Source: Octopus vulgaris
Taxonomy: Eukaryota
DNA: 64,000 nucleotides
Assembly (NCBI GenBank): GCA_951406725.2
Contig: OX597825.1
Location: forward strand, 66,650,001 to 66,714,000
Reading direction: 5' to 3'
Shown: positions 1 to 14,099 of the stretch, one piece after another
Numbering within the stretch: the stretch's first letter is position 1
Layout: the number at the start of each line of letters is the position of its first letter
Translations under genes and position numbers: made by a program
The notes under the pieces: generated by a model
What the model was told of the DNA's origin: nothing
What the model saw: the letters and a program-made list of their open reading frames with translations, nothing else
The model's database searches: none

Positions 1-149
1 CCACAAACAATAGCGTCGCTTTGGCTCCGACTAACACTAAGAACAACAGGAACAACACCAGCAACAAAAACGATATAGTCAATACCAACAATAACAGCAA
101 CGATAAAAATAACTTCTTTGCAGGAGTAACAAAATTGCTGGAGCAAATC

Positions 150-1200
150 TCCCCCGAAGGAAAATATGCGTACCTGAGTGAAGCAGAAAAACTCCTCAAT
201 AGAGGGCTTAGGGAAACCAAGCTTGCTATTCATTCAGATTTTATGTAGAAGACGGCCAGAAGGACCATCGTATACAGATGTGTGTCGCTGAAGACGAGGG
301 AAATTTTCAATGTGGCACACATCCAAGTAAAAAAAAGCTTGAAGGGCATTTGGACTGATATTGATTTCCTCACGCGAGGGAGACAATATGGTTTTGTGGA
401 TGGGAGGTTCCTCACAGAGGCATGGCCCCAAAACACTCAATGGTCCAGTGCAAACACGAGGATATCCTTCTCCTTCCCATATACCTTGGACGACGTGTGG
501 TGAAAGTTAAAATATCAAATGTGCCACCAGAATTACACATTTTGTGTTTGGTTGCGTGCGCAGTAGTCGAAGGCTCGGATCCGCTTCTAGAAATTAAAAA
601 AATATCGGGAGGAGAACTGGTCCGGAATCGGGTTGGAAATTTTGATCCAGGTAAAACCAGAATCCCTGGACAAGGTCCCCGACCTTGTCGAGCTACCCAG
701 AGGGGTTCAACTCCAGATCGTGGTGGAAGGCAGAAAGCCAATGTGCCATACTTGTTGGTCTAACACATATTTGAAGGCTCTCTGCCCACAACAGCAACGA
801 AATGGAACTCCAGGAACGGTAACTTTGCTACCACAACGAAAAACTTTTGAGGAAAAACGGAAAAATAATTCAAGAAAATGCCGTCCTAAGCTGAAAATGA
901 TAAGACAGGACGAGGATAATTCCCCTAATTCATTAGCTACACTAACAACAACACCGATACATTAATCCAAATAACAACAACAAAAGCAATGCACAACCGC
1001 AACCTCATCTACAAAGACACCAAAACAGAAACAAATACACGAAGAGAAACTACAATCACAAAAACAACTCGTACAACTTACTAGAGAACCCGAACACCTC
1101 ATCAATATCACAGTCGTTCGCAAGAACGACAGCGAACTGATGCAGGAAGTAGGGAAAAGACAAATATTCATACAAAAAGACTAGGGTTCAATGACACTAT
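150..1200 (+). mobile_element. Decayed L1/Tx1-like LINE ORF1 (gag-like) remnant
   Basis: Frameshifted ORFs with VKISNVPPE..., VPDLVELPRGVQLQIVVEGRKPMCHTCWSNTYLKALCP (a degenerate CX2CX4HX4C knuckle). Confidence 0.6.
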
Positions 1201-2020
1201 AAAACTCAATAACACTATAAAATGGTCAAAACTTTTCACACAGGAACTTAGTTCGATTTGAAAATCCCACTAGAATGGGAGAAAGCGCTAATACATGATC
1301 TAAGTTATATGATGTATAAAAACATGTAATATACAAATAAATATCTGTAAATGTAAAACCATCCGAATTTCTGAGTACCTCATTTCTTCTAATATAAAAT
1401 ACCTGTACATCATCTCCAAACCTTCCAATATATATATATAGTTTCTTTATTGCCCACAAGGGGCTAAACATAGAGGGGACAAACAAGGACAGACAAAGGG
1501 ATTAAGTCGATTACATCGACGCCAGTGCGTAACTGGTACTTTATTTATCAACCTCGAAAGGATGAAAGGCAAAGTCGTACGCGTGTGAGTATGTGAGTGT
1601 GTGTGTATGTGTGTGTGTGTGTGCGTGTATACAAACAATCTTCTAGTTTCCGCCTACCAAATCCACTCACAAGGAGGCTATAGTAGAAGTCATTTGGTGC
1701 GACGCAACGAGACCAAACTTAGGGCCACGTGGTTGCTAATCAAACTTCTGACCACACAGCTACATCTGCGCCTACGTATGTATGTATGTATGTATGTATG
1801 TATGTATGTATGTATGTATGTATGTATGTATGTATGTATGTATGTGTGTATGTATGTGTGTGTACGTACGTACGTATGTATGTATGTATGTATGTATGTA
1901 TGTATGTATGTATGTGTGTATGTATGTGTGTGTATGTAAGTATGTATGTATGTATGTATGTATGTATATGTAATTCCTTAAGTTTTTGAGTATTATGCTT
2001 ATATTAAAGCTGCAAATTCT

Positions 2021-2111
<91 letters not shown>

Positions 2112-2170
2112 ATGTATATATATGTCGTTGAAATTAGAATCTTTACTCTGTATTATCTATCGCATTGCAG

Positions 2171-2575
2171 ATTTTTAAAAGAATCTCTTCGGTGGCTTTT
2201 TGTGAACAATCGTTTGGATCGTGCAAAAGATATTATACGACATGCAACGAAAATGAACAATATAGACTTTGATCCGATTTGGCATAAACATGTTGAAATT
2301 GCCGGGGAAGAATGTGTCAAGTGTGATATTCTCAATGATAAAACAACTACCATTCCTCTCATGTCGTCGAATAATGAAAAAGAATCTGAACTTGAGAAGA
2401 GTACTTCCATAAATTCTCTGTTTACAATTGAGCCACCACCGATCACCATTGAGAATACAACCGAATATAATGTAACACCAGAAGAACCTCGAAGTAACAC
2501 AGACAATCCTAGTTCTTTGACGCTGTTTACAGACCCGGCTTTACGAGGTATCATGATGATACAGATATACTGCTG
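2171..2575 (+). CDS. SLC22: SLC22/organic cation transporter-like gene, internal exon (cytoplasmic loop after TM6)
   Basis: ttgcag| acceptor and TG|gtaag donor. Translates FLKESLRWLFVNNRLDRAKDIIRHATKMN...LFTDPALRGIMMIQIYCW; ESLRWL is a variant of the SLC22 PESPRWL motif. 405 nt, phase-compatible with the next exon. Upstream exons are not in the window. Confidence 0.9.
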
Positions 2576-2622
2576 GTAAGTGTTTCATCACGTTCTCGTC
2601 CCAGTTTGTATATTTTTTTTTT

Positions 2623-2692
<70 letters not shown>

Positions 2693-2820
2693 GGTCCCGG
2701 GTTGAGTCGGGGTTAACCACAGTAAATAAGGTACTCAATACATAGCAGAGTAAATTAATTTATTTTATAGAAGGAGTTCTACAGAACTAGAACTGTTTCA
2801 TTCAAATGAAATCATCAGGA

Positions 2821-2871
2821 AGCTTCCTGATGATTTCATTTGAATGAAACAGTTCTAGTTCTGTAGAAGCT
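2821..2871 (+). ncRNA. Type I hammerhead ribozyme motif; mirror copy on the - strand at about 2776-2824
   Basis: AGCUUC-CUGAUGA-U(UUC AUUU GAA)U-GAAA-CAG UUCUAGUU CUG-UA|-GAAGCU: 6-bp stem I, intact core, stem III, GUA cleavage triplet; stem II is weak. Confidence 0.7.
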
Positions 2872-2877
2872 CCTTCT

Positions 2878-2915
<38 letters not shown>

Positions 2916-2919
<4 letters not shown>

Positions 2920-4433
2920 CATCCCATAGATATTGTGTTTTTTTGTTATATTTTTATTTGTCAAAATTAAGATAAACAGTTCGTTTTTAATCTAAAATAT
3001 ACTCTCCTTCATTTTCTACAATGCTCTTCCATCTATCTGGTAGACTTGCAAGGCCTGTCTTCCAAAATTCACTTGTCCGTGACGAAAAATACTCTTTCTA
3101 TACTGTTCTTTCCTCAATTCATGCTTTTTCTGCCCAAATGATTTTGATGAGTGCGGAATAAAAGGTAATCAGATGAAGTAATGTCCTGCAAATATGGTGG
3201 GTGTGGCATCGTTTCCCATTCAAACTGATCCAGCCTTTGGAATGTCATCCTCACTGTTTGCGGCCGAGCATTTTCATGATGGAAGAACACCTTTCGTCTT
3301 GAAACCAAAGATGGTCGTTTTTCTTGTAGTGCTGAATTAAGCCGCTCAAGCTGCTCACAGTAGATCTCCTTTGTTATCGTTTGGTTTAGGTTTAAATGTT
3401 CAAAGTAGACTAAACCTTTAATATCCCACCAAACAAATAACAACACCTTACGTGGGTGAAGGCCTTCTTTAGCCTGGGGTTCCGGTGTTTCTCTTTTCCT
3501 TACCCATTGACTTCGGAGCTTCATATTTTTATAGAGAACTCATTTCTCGTCATTAGTCACTATTCGTTCCAAAAACGGTTCATTCAAAGAAGGGCACGCA
3601 TTCACTCTCTGCGCACGGTTAGACTCGGCAAGTTCGCGCTGAACCCATTGACCGAATTTACTGACTTTTCCGATAGCACGCAGGTGTCGATGAATGATTG
3701 AATGACCAAATCCAAGCTACTCCGCTAGTTCCTCAACAGTTACGATGGGATTTTGTTCCACGAAGGTTTTGCAGGACATCTTCGTCGAGCTCTGTAGATC
3801 TTCCAGGACGAGGATCGCATTCTAGGCTGTAGTTTCCGGCTCGGAATTTCTGGAATCAGCGTTCACACTGGCTTACGTTTATTGTCCGATCCCCATATAC
3901 TGCATTAGTTTTATATTCCTCACACTTTCCGTTGCGTTGTTGCCTTTATTGAACTCATAAAGCAAAATATGCCGAATATGCTCCTTTGTTACTTCCATTA
4001 TCTTCTTAATCCTTTTTGCTCTTTGTGGAGAATAGGGCCCCAACAGTTGTTCTCCACTTTTTGCGTTCATTGGCGTCTTTCTTGACTGCTGCCCATGTCA
4101 GGCCAGTGGTCCTGAGCTCGTCCAAAATGCTCCGCTTCCATGTCTGCTTCGGACGTCCTCGCTTCCTTTACCCCTGCGGGTTCCAGTCAAGTGCTTGTCG
4201 TGTCACATTTGAGGGTTCTTTCCGCCGTGTGTGTCCGATCTATCTCCATTTCCTTCGTCTAATCTGGACCTGTATGGGTCCCTGGTTGACCCTTCAAAAC
4301 TTGCACTAAGAATAAGCACAAGGTACATTTACTACTCGCTATCATATCAGTTGATGCAGATAGTTTATCCTGTCCCCATCCGACTTTTAGTTCATGCAAT
4401 TGACAAAACCGCATTATTTAGGGGATGACTCAA
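2916..4433 (-). mobile_element. Decayed mariner (D,D34D) DNA transposon
   Basis: Imperfect TIRs (gggtcatcccataga / atttaggggatgactc) next to TA. Transposase pieces: EHIRHILLYEFNKGNNATE, KVLLFVWWDIKG, FFHHENARP, PHPPYLQDITSSDY. Confidence 0.9.
4006..4291 (-). mobile_element. RTE-like LINE 3' fragment nested in the mariner
   Basis: - strand reads ALDWNPQG*RKRGRPKQTWKRSILDEL...W...R..W, the typical RTE C-terminus. Confidence 0.75.
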
Positions 4434-4477
4434 TATATACATGTTATAAAGGCTTGTATTACTAGAGGTACGAAACT

Positions 4478-4549
<72 letters not shown>

Positions 4550-4686
4550 ATATAGACACCCTCACACATGTATGTATATATGTATGTGTGTGCAATTAAA
4601 TTAGAAAAGGTAATGCCAGATTCAAGACTCATCAAGGGAGCTTGTAATTCATATTTATTTTCTTCAAATTGTATGGTTATAATGTG

Positions 4687-4779
<93 letters not shown>

Positions 4780-4807
4780 GTTTATTTAACAATGCTCTAG
4801 TGTGTTA

Positions 4808-4851
<44 letters not shown>

Positions 4852-6285
4852 AAGTTTAGAAATGCAAACTAGAAGATTCCTCATATTCTGTAACCCTTTA
4901 AGCATTCCAATTACTCCGTCAAATGTGGTGCTTATTTATTGACATTGTTTTGAATTAATCACGTATTATCTCGTAGCTTTGAGATTTTGATGATGCAATT
5001 TTTAGTTTTAGAATGACATTGTAGGGCCGGTTTGAACATAAAACAGACATAATATTTTGGCTTAACACGGTCCGTTTAAACGCTAACAGGTCAAAGCTCT
5101 AGTCATGAAAAATCATCCACACCAGTTAGCAATTTATCGCAATAGTGTGTGGAATACGTTGTTTATCTCTATAATCACAAATAGTAAGGTATATGGATAT
5201 TTTCATTGAGACATTGCTGTAGTTTAACAAAATAAGTAAGCACATTTGGGAACGAAAAAAATCAGATATTTCACACGTTCACTTTTTCCTGTAGCGAAAT
5301 GAGATTTGTGCAATGTCTAAGATAATTGTAACTGCACATGTACACTAAGTAGTAATCTTTTTTTCAAATTGCTATAATCTACAGGGATTGGAGCTTATCT
5401 CGTGCCCTTAGCAATAAAGAAATGCATAACATTTTCTTTCAGAGATGTTATAAAGTCGGTTAATCGCAGATCAGCCATGGCTGAACAAGGGCATTTCGCT
5501 AATGACTATTCTGTATTCTGAATAAGGTAAAACGCAAGGGATAAAAGATAGAAAAAGGCACATATAAAGGGCTCTGATGAGTTAATAACTAGTCTGAGAA
5601 TTGAAAACATGTTTAAGAAAATGTAAGTTCTGTATATTTTATAGAAGTCACTAGATGCTGTGTTAAATAATTCAAGAAACGAGAAAAATATAGTGAAGAT
5701 TCTTAATTATGGCGGCTTAGAAGAAAAAAATTGATTGGCCATATTAGTGACGTATGTGAATTCCAGTAACTTTGGTTCTAATCAATTATATAATTTCTCG
5801 TACTTGGAAATCTTTATCATAATTACAGTTTCTTCATTATTGAGAAACCATCTGATAGCGTCCACAATTTACAATCGGAAACAGGAAATGATTATAAAAG
5901 CCGAGTAGCAAAAATTCATTGTTGCCATTTCCACGTCCTTAGAACGAGTTAATGTCATCACAGGAAATAAGTGTAACACCTGGTAATTAAATGTTTCGAC
6001 CTGATGCTCACTGCTGAAGGAGTTTCTTCTCAAGGCTCTAAGGAAAACAAAACAAAAGGAGCATTTATTCATCATTATGTTTTTCCATTGCTTTCTTGCA
6101 AGCATTGTAGAAGAATCCAGGAATCGGATTTTGCGATGTGATTTCCATTCTCCACTGAGCCATGTCAGTGCCCTTGCTTCTTTGTGTATTCCTAGTTTCC
6201 AGGTGGCTTTGATATTGAAAGCAGATTAGGTCAATCTACATTAGTACCCAATCAGTATGGAAACGAACCTTTTGACGGAGACCAT

Positions 6286-6460
6286 GTTAGTTAGTTAGTT
6301 AGTTAATTTTTGGCTCAAAAGCAAATAGCAAGGCCATGTAGGGGGACATGGAGTTAAGTACAGGGCGGTGTTCATGTAAAGAGTTCAGGCCACTTGAGGT
6401 CAAGGGAGACTTTGAACAAAGCGGTCGTCGGCATCTTCACCATCTCGTCTGGCAGCTTGT
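6286..6460 (-). mobile_element. CR1/L2-like LINE 3' end with (CTAA)n tail
   Basis: - strand reads KLPDEMVKMPTTALFKVSLDLKW, followed by a 3' UTR and (taac)n. Confidence 0.6.
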
Positions 6461-6695
6461 GATTCAGTGAGGATTATATAGTATTTATAATATTCATTTC
6501 TCACAGGATTAAGTCTTTATTTACATCCAGGTAAACAGAACGAGAGAGAAGATTGGTCAAAGCCATGAAACACATGGTAGTGTTCGTAAGGGAGGTAATC
6601 GAACTGTTGATTTTTCTTTGATATGTTTCTTGCTCTATCTATTCAGCTACGTTATTTACTTCTTTAAATGAACCTTCGTTTATTCCTATTTACAG

Positions 6696-6830
6696 GGCGA
6701 TCAATTCAATGTCCTACTATGGCATCTACTTAGCAGTGACGTCATTGAGTGGTAACAAATATTTCAACTTCCTTGTAACGGCAGCATGTGAGTTGGTCAC
6801 TATGACTTCCGTGTGGAAATCCTTCATGTG
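6696..6830 (+). CDS. SLC22: SLC22-like exon (TM7-TM8)
   Basis: tttacag| ... TG|gtgggt. Translates (W)AINSMSYYGIYLAVTSLSGNKYFNFLVTAACELVTMTSVWKSFM(W), the typical SLC22 YYG...GN.Y.NF...E pattern. 135 nt. Confidence 0.9.
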
Positions 6831-7871
6831 GTGGGTAGAAATATAAATCTAATTTCCTTCACAAGTCGTTAACATATACTTGCTTCGCGTTGACTAAGAA
6901 TATTGCCTAAACTGTGTCGTAATGTAGTAATTATTGTGTATATATTTATGTCATATCTCGGTTTAAGGAAGTCGGCTAGCAGAATCGTTAGCATGCCGGA
7001 CAAAATGCTAAGCAGTATTTCGTCCGTCGTTACATTCTGATTTCAAATACTGATTATATTATCCACGAACAGAGCCATAGTGTTGAGAAGACTGTTTCAA
7101 AATCACATTCTGGCTGGTTCGATCCTGCTACGCGACACTATGAGCAAGCATTCTCTACATTAGCTTGGAATCGACTTGAGTCGATCCCAGGCTAATGTAA
7201 TTGGGAAACTGTGTGAAAATCTGTCCGATAGACAGTACCAGTGAATTGAGGTCTCAACGTTTTGTACAGAGACGACGAATTATGTCTGTTATGACTTTGA
7301 GCGATACAGAGAGAGTAAAAAGATATAAAATCGGGTTTAAACTCTTGTTTCAGGTCGGCACAGATCGGAGGTCAAATGCATTTAGAAATAAAATAAGTTC
7401 GATGATTATTCTATACTATTATTTATCTTTATATTGTCCCAATCGACCTATAATTGTCCCAATTGACCTATAATCATAAGTGACCTAGCTGGGATCATCT
7501 CACCTTTTTTGTCGCCATTTCAATGGCAAAATCGTTAGCATGCCGGGCAAAATACTTAGCAGCATTTCGTCCATATTTTCGCTCTGAGTTCAAATCCTAC
7601 CAACGGCTTTATTTCAATAAAACCTTGGTGCCTACGCAGACCGCGTCCACAACGTCTATCTAATGAAGCTTACCCAGAATCCAATACCACCTCCTCTTTT
7701 TCATTCTTAGACGAAAGAGCAAAAGGTATGAAATTTAAATACTTCACAAGTCATGAGAATTGAACTTACCAAACACTTCTACTTCGCTTTGTATCAACCG
7801 AAATCTCTGTTGATGCTTGAAAATTCTCAAATATCCGAGGAAAACAATTACAAAACAAAAGATACTTCAAT

Positions 7872-8257
7872 GGAAGCACTCCGTCGGTTACGACGACGAG
7901 GGTTCCGGTTGATCCGAATCAACGGAACAGCCTGCTCGTGAAATTAACGTGTAAGTGGCTGAGCACTCCACAGACACGTGTACCCTTAACGTAGTTCTCG
8001 GGGATATTCAGCGTGACACAGAGAGTGACAAGGCCGGCCCTTTGAAGTGCAGGTAAAACAGAAACAGGAAGTAAGAGTGAGAGAAAGTTGTGGTGAAAGA
8101 GTACAGCAGGGATCACCACCATCCCCTGCCGGAGCCTCGTGGAGCTTTTAGGTGTTTTCGCTCAATAAACACTCACAACGCCCGGTCTGGGAATCGAAAC
8201 CGCGATCCTATGACCGCGAGTCCGCTGCCCTAACCACTGGGCCATTGCGCCTCCACT
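7872..8257 (-). mobile_element. tRNA-derived SINE, family C, full length
   Basis: A box TGGCCCAGTGG and B box GTTTCGATTCC; 12-bp TSD agatacttcaat at 7860-7871 and 8258-8269. A related copy lies at about 40993-41285 (-). Confidence 0.85.
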
Positions 8258-8389
8258 AGATACTTCAATATTGTTAATGATAATAAGGACTAGAAGGCAG
8301 CGGGCTGGCAGAATTGTTAGCATGCCGGACAAAATGCTTAGCGGCATTTCGTCCATCTTTTCGCTCTGAGTTCAAATCCTGCCGATATC

Positions 8390-8783
8390 CATAACCAAAA
8401 GATAATAAAGGATATCTGCGAGCAGCTTGAGCGGATTAAGTCGCAGCCACAAACAGCGAGGTTGATATTCCAAAGGCTGGATCAGTCTGAATGGGAAACG
8501 ATGCTCCAATCGCCATGTTTGCTGGACATTGCTCCATCTGATTATCATATCTCCGCAGTCGTCAAGACCATTTGGACAGAAAAAATATGAATTGTGTAGT
8601 ATTTTTTTGGTCACGGACAAATGAATTTTGGAAGAGGAGCTTTACAAGTCTACCAAATAGATGGAAGAGCATTGTAGAAAATAAAGAAAAGTATATCTGA
8701 GATTAAATAAGAACTGTATTTATCTTAATTTTGACAAATAAAATAAGTATAAAATAAACCGCATTATTTATGGGATGACCCAT
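8390..8783 (+). mobile_element. Mariner 3' remnant, same family as 2916-4433
   Basis: Degenerate transposase C-terminus followed by the TIR cgcattatttatgggatgaccc. Confidence 0.7.
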
Positions 8784-9140
8784 AAATTTACTTTAATAAA
8801 GTTACTTTAATTCAACGGTCAGCCCGTCTGTGAAATAGGCAGAAGATTTGGGTTCGAATCCCACAGATAAACTCAAATTCTGCTGAGGCCCAACTTTGAC
8901 TTTTCATCCTTTCGAGGTCGATAAACAAAGTACCAGGTAAGTACTTTAGTCGAAGTAATTGTCGTACTTCTAAGCCCCTAAAATGATTGGTCTTGTGCCA
9001 GAAATTAAGTGTTAGTGATAGCTGTATCCACTTCGAGTCTCAACCTTTAAAATGATATAATTCGCATCTCGAAGCGTCAAAAGTTTGAAGATTGAAACAT
9101 AGACACAGACACAGACACACACAGATACACACACGCACAC

Positions 9141-9217
<77 letters not shown>

Positions 9218-9277
9218 TTTCTAAACGCTTTTACACCTTCATGTTACTTAGTTTTATTACTTTTCTTTTTCCGGAAG

Positions 9278-9363
9278 GTTTGGAAGGAAAAAAGCTCTCA
9301 TTGGATATTTACTAATCGGATCGGTGTCCCAGTTTGCAGCAATATTTATAAATCTTTATGTCG
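9278..9363 (+). CDS. SLC22: SLC22-like exon (GRK motif, TM9)
   Basis: Polypyrimidine tract then aag|; G|gtaggt donor. Translates (W)FGRKKALIGYLLIGSVSQFAAIFINLYV. 86 nt, in phase. Confidence 0.85.
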
Positions 9364-9444
9364 GTAGGTTTTATGATTCCTGATTCTCATTTGCCATCTG
9401 TCATCGTCATCATCATCATTATTATTGTTGTTATTGTTATTGTT

Positions 9445-9620
9445 AAGGCGGTGAGCTGGCAGAAAATGTTAGCAGGCCGGGCGAAATGCTCAGCGGTATT
9501 TCGTCTGCCGCTACGTTCTGAGTTCAAATTCCGCCGAGGTCGACTTTGCCTTTCATCCTTTCTGGGTCGATTAAATAAGTACCAGTTACACACTGGGGTC
9601 GATGTAATCGACTTAATCCC
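9445..9620 (+). mobile_element. tRNA-derived SINE, family A (central domain resembles the MetaSINE type)
   Basis: GAGCTGGCAGAA...GAGTTCAAATTCC...GCCTTTCATCCTTT.GGGTCGA..AAGTACCAG. Other copies at about 1443-1577(-), 12931-13150(-), 16680-16825, 34815-35110(-) and 36125-36310. Confidence 0.8.
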
Positions 9621-9644
9621 CTTCCCCAAGCTGCCCTTGGGAAA

Positions 9645-9744
<100 letters not shown>

Positions 9745-9898
9745 TATGTCAGTCTTAATGCTGTAATGTTGGCATATTGTCCAGTGGATATAGCTGCTTG
9801 CTTTCTTGCATTTTATTTATAGCTACATATGCTTCGAGATTTACTGTTCTCAAATAGAATTATTTCATGTTCTTGAAGTTTCTAAATTATTATGACGT

Positions 9899-9956
<58 letters not shown>

Positions 9957-9996
9957 GTGAGTGTGTGTGTGTGTATTATATAAATATATTCATATA

Positions 9997-11230
9997 TTGG
10001 GGTTGGCCAAACTGACCATTAGGGTTTTTTCAACAGAAATAATTCGCAAGTTTCGAACACAATGCGATCTATTCAATCAATGATATAATTGCTGTTTCGC
10101 TCCAATATTTTGTGCTTTTGTGTCATGTGGCGGCCAAATCTTATTATCCCCTGCTCATAGAATTTCCTGTCTTTACTAGAAAAACCCTTTCAGGTGAATT
10201 TTTCTATTATCTTCAGAGCTGAAGTTCTGTCCATTTAATGAATTTTAAAGAGACAGAACCAGATGGAAGGTGAAGGAGCAAGGTCGGGCAAATATGGAGG
10301 GTGCGGTAAAACTTCCAAGCCAAAACATATTCACTTCTCCCGGGTCTCCGCAAAGCGTTGTTATGATGAAAGTCAATGCTGTTATGATTAGTAAGTAATG
10401 GTCGGTTCTTTTGCATTAAAATAGTCGAGCTGTTCACTATCTGAAATGATAGTCCTGTCCTTTGAAAGAGGCCCTTAAAAGACTACAGTTCCAATCCAGC
10501 TAAATTGAAAGGATAACTTCATCGGGGGAAGTCCTGCTTTGGAAGTTATTTCTGGTGTTTCGTCACGCTTCCCTCAAAATCAGTTACGTTTTACATTGTT
10601 ATAGACAACTAGCAGTATCGCCCGGCGTTGCTCGGGTTTGTAAGGGAAATAACTATACAGCATTTTTAGAGAGTTATAGCCAAAAAAATGCATTCAAAAT
10701 GGAAAAAATATGATGGTAAATTTTTTTTTAAATCGTTGACTCATCGTAGACATTTTTAGAGAGTTACTTCCCTTTAAAAAAATATGCATGAAAATGGAAA
10801 AAAATGATGTTAAATTATTTTTAAAATCGTAGACTCATCGTAGACGCGCGCTAATACCCAGAAGGGCTCGATATGAATTACGACTATAAGATACCCGGTT
10901 TTGGTTAAACTGCACCGCAAAATGTGGGAGTAGTTAGGAATCTAAATCGAATATATTTGCTGTCGCGTCATTTCTCTCTCTCTCAAAAAAAAAGCTTCGT
11001 TTTGTTCACGTTACTGCAACGAATCGTTGATGGAAATACGGTGGGTGAGATTAGCCACATTCAACTGATGTAAGACCCAGACATCAAGTCTGCTTAATGT
11101 TTGGGGCCCATTCCAACAACAGAAGGATAAACTCGCTATGTTCATAATGCTTTCCTGCTTACACTGATGAAGTCTTTCATTCAATGTTCCTAACTTATTT
11201 GTAGGTGAGTCAAATAAGACGCTAAGCGAT
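9997..11230 (-). mobile_element. Highly decayed mariner remnant interrupted by a Helitron-like element
   Basis: TIR-like tattggggttggcc. - strand reads RPLLTNHNSIDFHHNNA...; further fragments follow 10950. Confidence 0.6.
10609..10950 (-). mobile_element. Non-autonomous Helitron-like element
   Basis: - strand 3' end has a GC-rich hairpin (cccgagcaacgccggg) followed by CTAG; contains an internal duplicated segment. Confidence 0.6.
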
Positions 11231-11565
11231 AAATTATTCTAGCAAATGTGTAAGCGCTTGCTAGTGAAGCGATACGAACCCCTGTTTACCCAGTTCATTT
11301 CCTTATTTCGTCAAACATCATTTGTTCTTTAAATTGTTTCCGTATCATCTAATATTATGAAAGAGAAGTGGATCCCTATCTGTCTGTTCGTCACAACACC
11401 TATTAAATGGATTGAAGAAGAGGAAGAATCAAAAGAGGAAATAATCTCTGTCACAATGTATATTTTGAAGAAGGGGAGGAGAAAATATTGTTGTTGAGAG
11501 AGAAATAGAGTGAGAGAGCGAGTGTGTACATGTGTGTCAAATATAGATCGATAGGTAGTGTTGTT

Positions 11566-11877
11566 ACCATAGTGACTAACCAGTCTTGATTAAAAACGCT
11601 AGAATTTTATGCGCAAGCCTGTCAATAAAACACAGCACACACCTAAAAAAAGACATAATACATATAGTTTTTGTTGTTGTTTGCTTGTGTGTGTGTGTGT
11701 GTGTGTTTGAGAGAGAGAGAGAGAGAGAGAGAGAGGAGGAGAGAGCAAGAGAGCGTGAAAGACAGATAGATAGAAAATATTATAACCAAAGTATCTGACA
11801 AGTTTTGATAGAAAACGCGAGAATCTTAAAGTGCAAGTCTGTCAACACAACGCAACATACACACACACTCCAGAAAA

Positions 11878-11913
<36 letters not shown>

Positions 11914-12129
11914 CATACATATATAGTTATTTTATTTGATTGTTTGTGTGTGTGTGTGTGTGTGTATGTGTGTGTGTGTGTGTGTGTGTGCGTATGTGTT
12001 TGTCTTCCAATATATAGACAAGGCAACACAGATTTTAAACAAAGACTTTCACCTTGAACAATTAATGATGATACGTGAATGATTAACAAGTATTTTTTAC
12101 CGCTAGCGTAGCGACGGGTAACGACCTAG
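11566..12129 (+). mobile_element. Helitron-like non-autonomous element (5' limit uncertain)
   Basis: 3' end ccgctagcgtagcgacgggtaacgacCTAG (hairpin plus CTAG). Confidence 0.45.
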
Positions 12130-12584
12130 CTCGTACAATAAAATTTTACAAGATAAAACAGCAGATTATCTTGTAATCCAATGACTTTACATGCTAAATA
12201 TATTAATAATCTATCGCTCTCTCTCCCCGTCTTCGTCTACCTAGCTATCCTTCTTTCCATCCATCCGTCCATCTCAAATCTCGATATTTATATGTGTGTG
12301 TGTGTGGTGGTGGGAAGGGTGCAGGTGATAATCCCTTTCTATTTGACTCATACACACAATCTCTTTCTCTCTCCGAATTTCCCACCTCTCAAGCCACCAA
12401 CCAATCTTGCTGAGCTGAGATCAATCATCACTGAATATTTACGAATTAATCACCTCCCAAACAGCTCAAGGCGTAAATAAATCTGCATCGATGAAACATT
12501 TACCGGATTCGAGTACCAAAACTTGAACGAGAGAGAAATCCGAGAATGTGTTAAAATAATCACTCTGCATTATCATCGTAAACC

Positions 12585-12585
12585 T

Positions 12586-12628
<43 letters not shown>

Positions 12629-12692
12629 GCCACCACCACCACCACCACCACCACCACCACCACCGCCGCCGCCGCCGCTGCTGCTGCTGCTG

Positions 12693-12750
<58 letters not shown>

Positions 12751-12842
12751 CACCACCACCACTACCACCACCACCACCACCACCACCACCACCACTACCA
12801 CTGCCGCCGCCGCCGCCGCTGCGCTGCTGCTGCTGCTGCTAT

Positions 12843-12910
<68 letters not shown>

Positions 12911-12930
12911 ATAATAATAATAATAATAAT
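12585..12930. repeat. Compound trinucleotide microsatellite
   Basis: (CTA)n, (CCA)n, (CCG)n, (CTG)n and (ATA)n blocks. Confidence 0.95.
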
Positions 12931-13215
12931 CCTTTCTACTGAAGGCATAAGGCCTGAAATTAAATTTGTGGGGACGAGACTAGTCGAATATATCGATCCC
13001 AGTATTTCACTGGTACTTAATTTATCGACCCCGAAAAGGATTAAAAAACAAAGTCGACCTCGGTGGAATTTGTTTTCAGAGCTTAAAACCGTACGAAGTA
13101 AAGCTAAGCTTTTCGTCCGGAGTGCTAACAATTCTGCCAGCTCGCCGCTTTAATAAGCGTAGTAATAGTAGTAGTAGTAGTAGTAGTAGTAGTAATGATG
13201 ATGATGATGATGTTG

Positions 13216-13842
<627 letters not shown>

Positions 13843-14099
13843 CTATATATTTTTATAGTGGTAGTGGGGTCCACTGTATTTTGCTGTTGGTCAGTACTCA
13901 CAATTCCTTCCTTTTGAGGATAGATCTCGGAGGTCTCTAAAGTGTCTTTCAACTCACTATCATACCTACCTCATACTTTCACCTCCATCTAACGTTTTTA
14001 GGACGGATATCGCCATGTTTGCTTTTAAAATTATTTTCTTCAAAACAGAATGAATATTTACTTTTCGGATTTGAACCACCAGGGGGACACAAACAAACA

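Noticed and set aside
1986-2170. N-terminal part of the 197-aa ORF
   Set aside because: Intronic TA repeat; the real exon starts after the AG at 2170.
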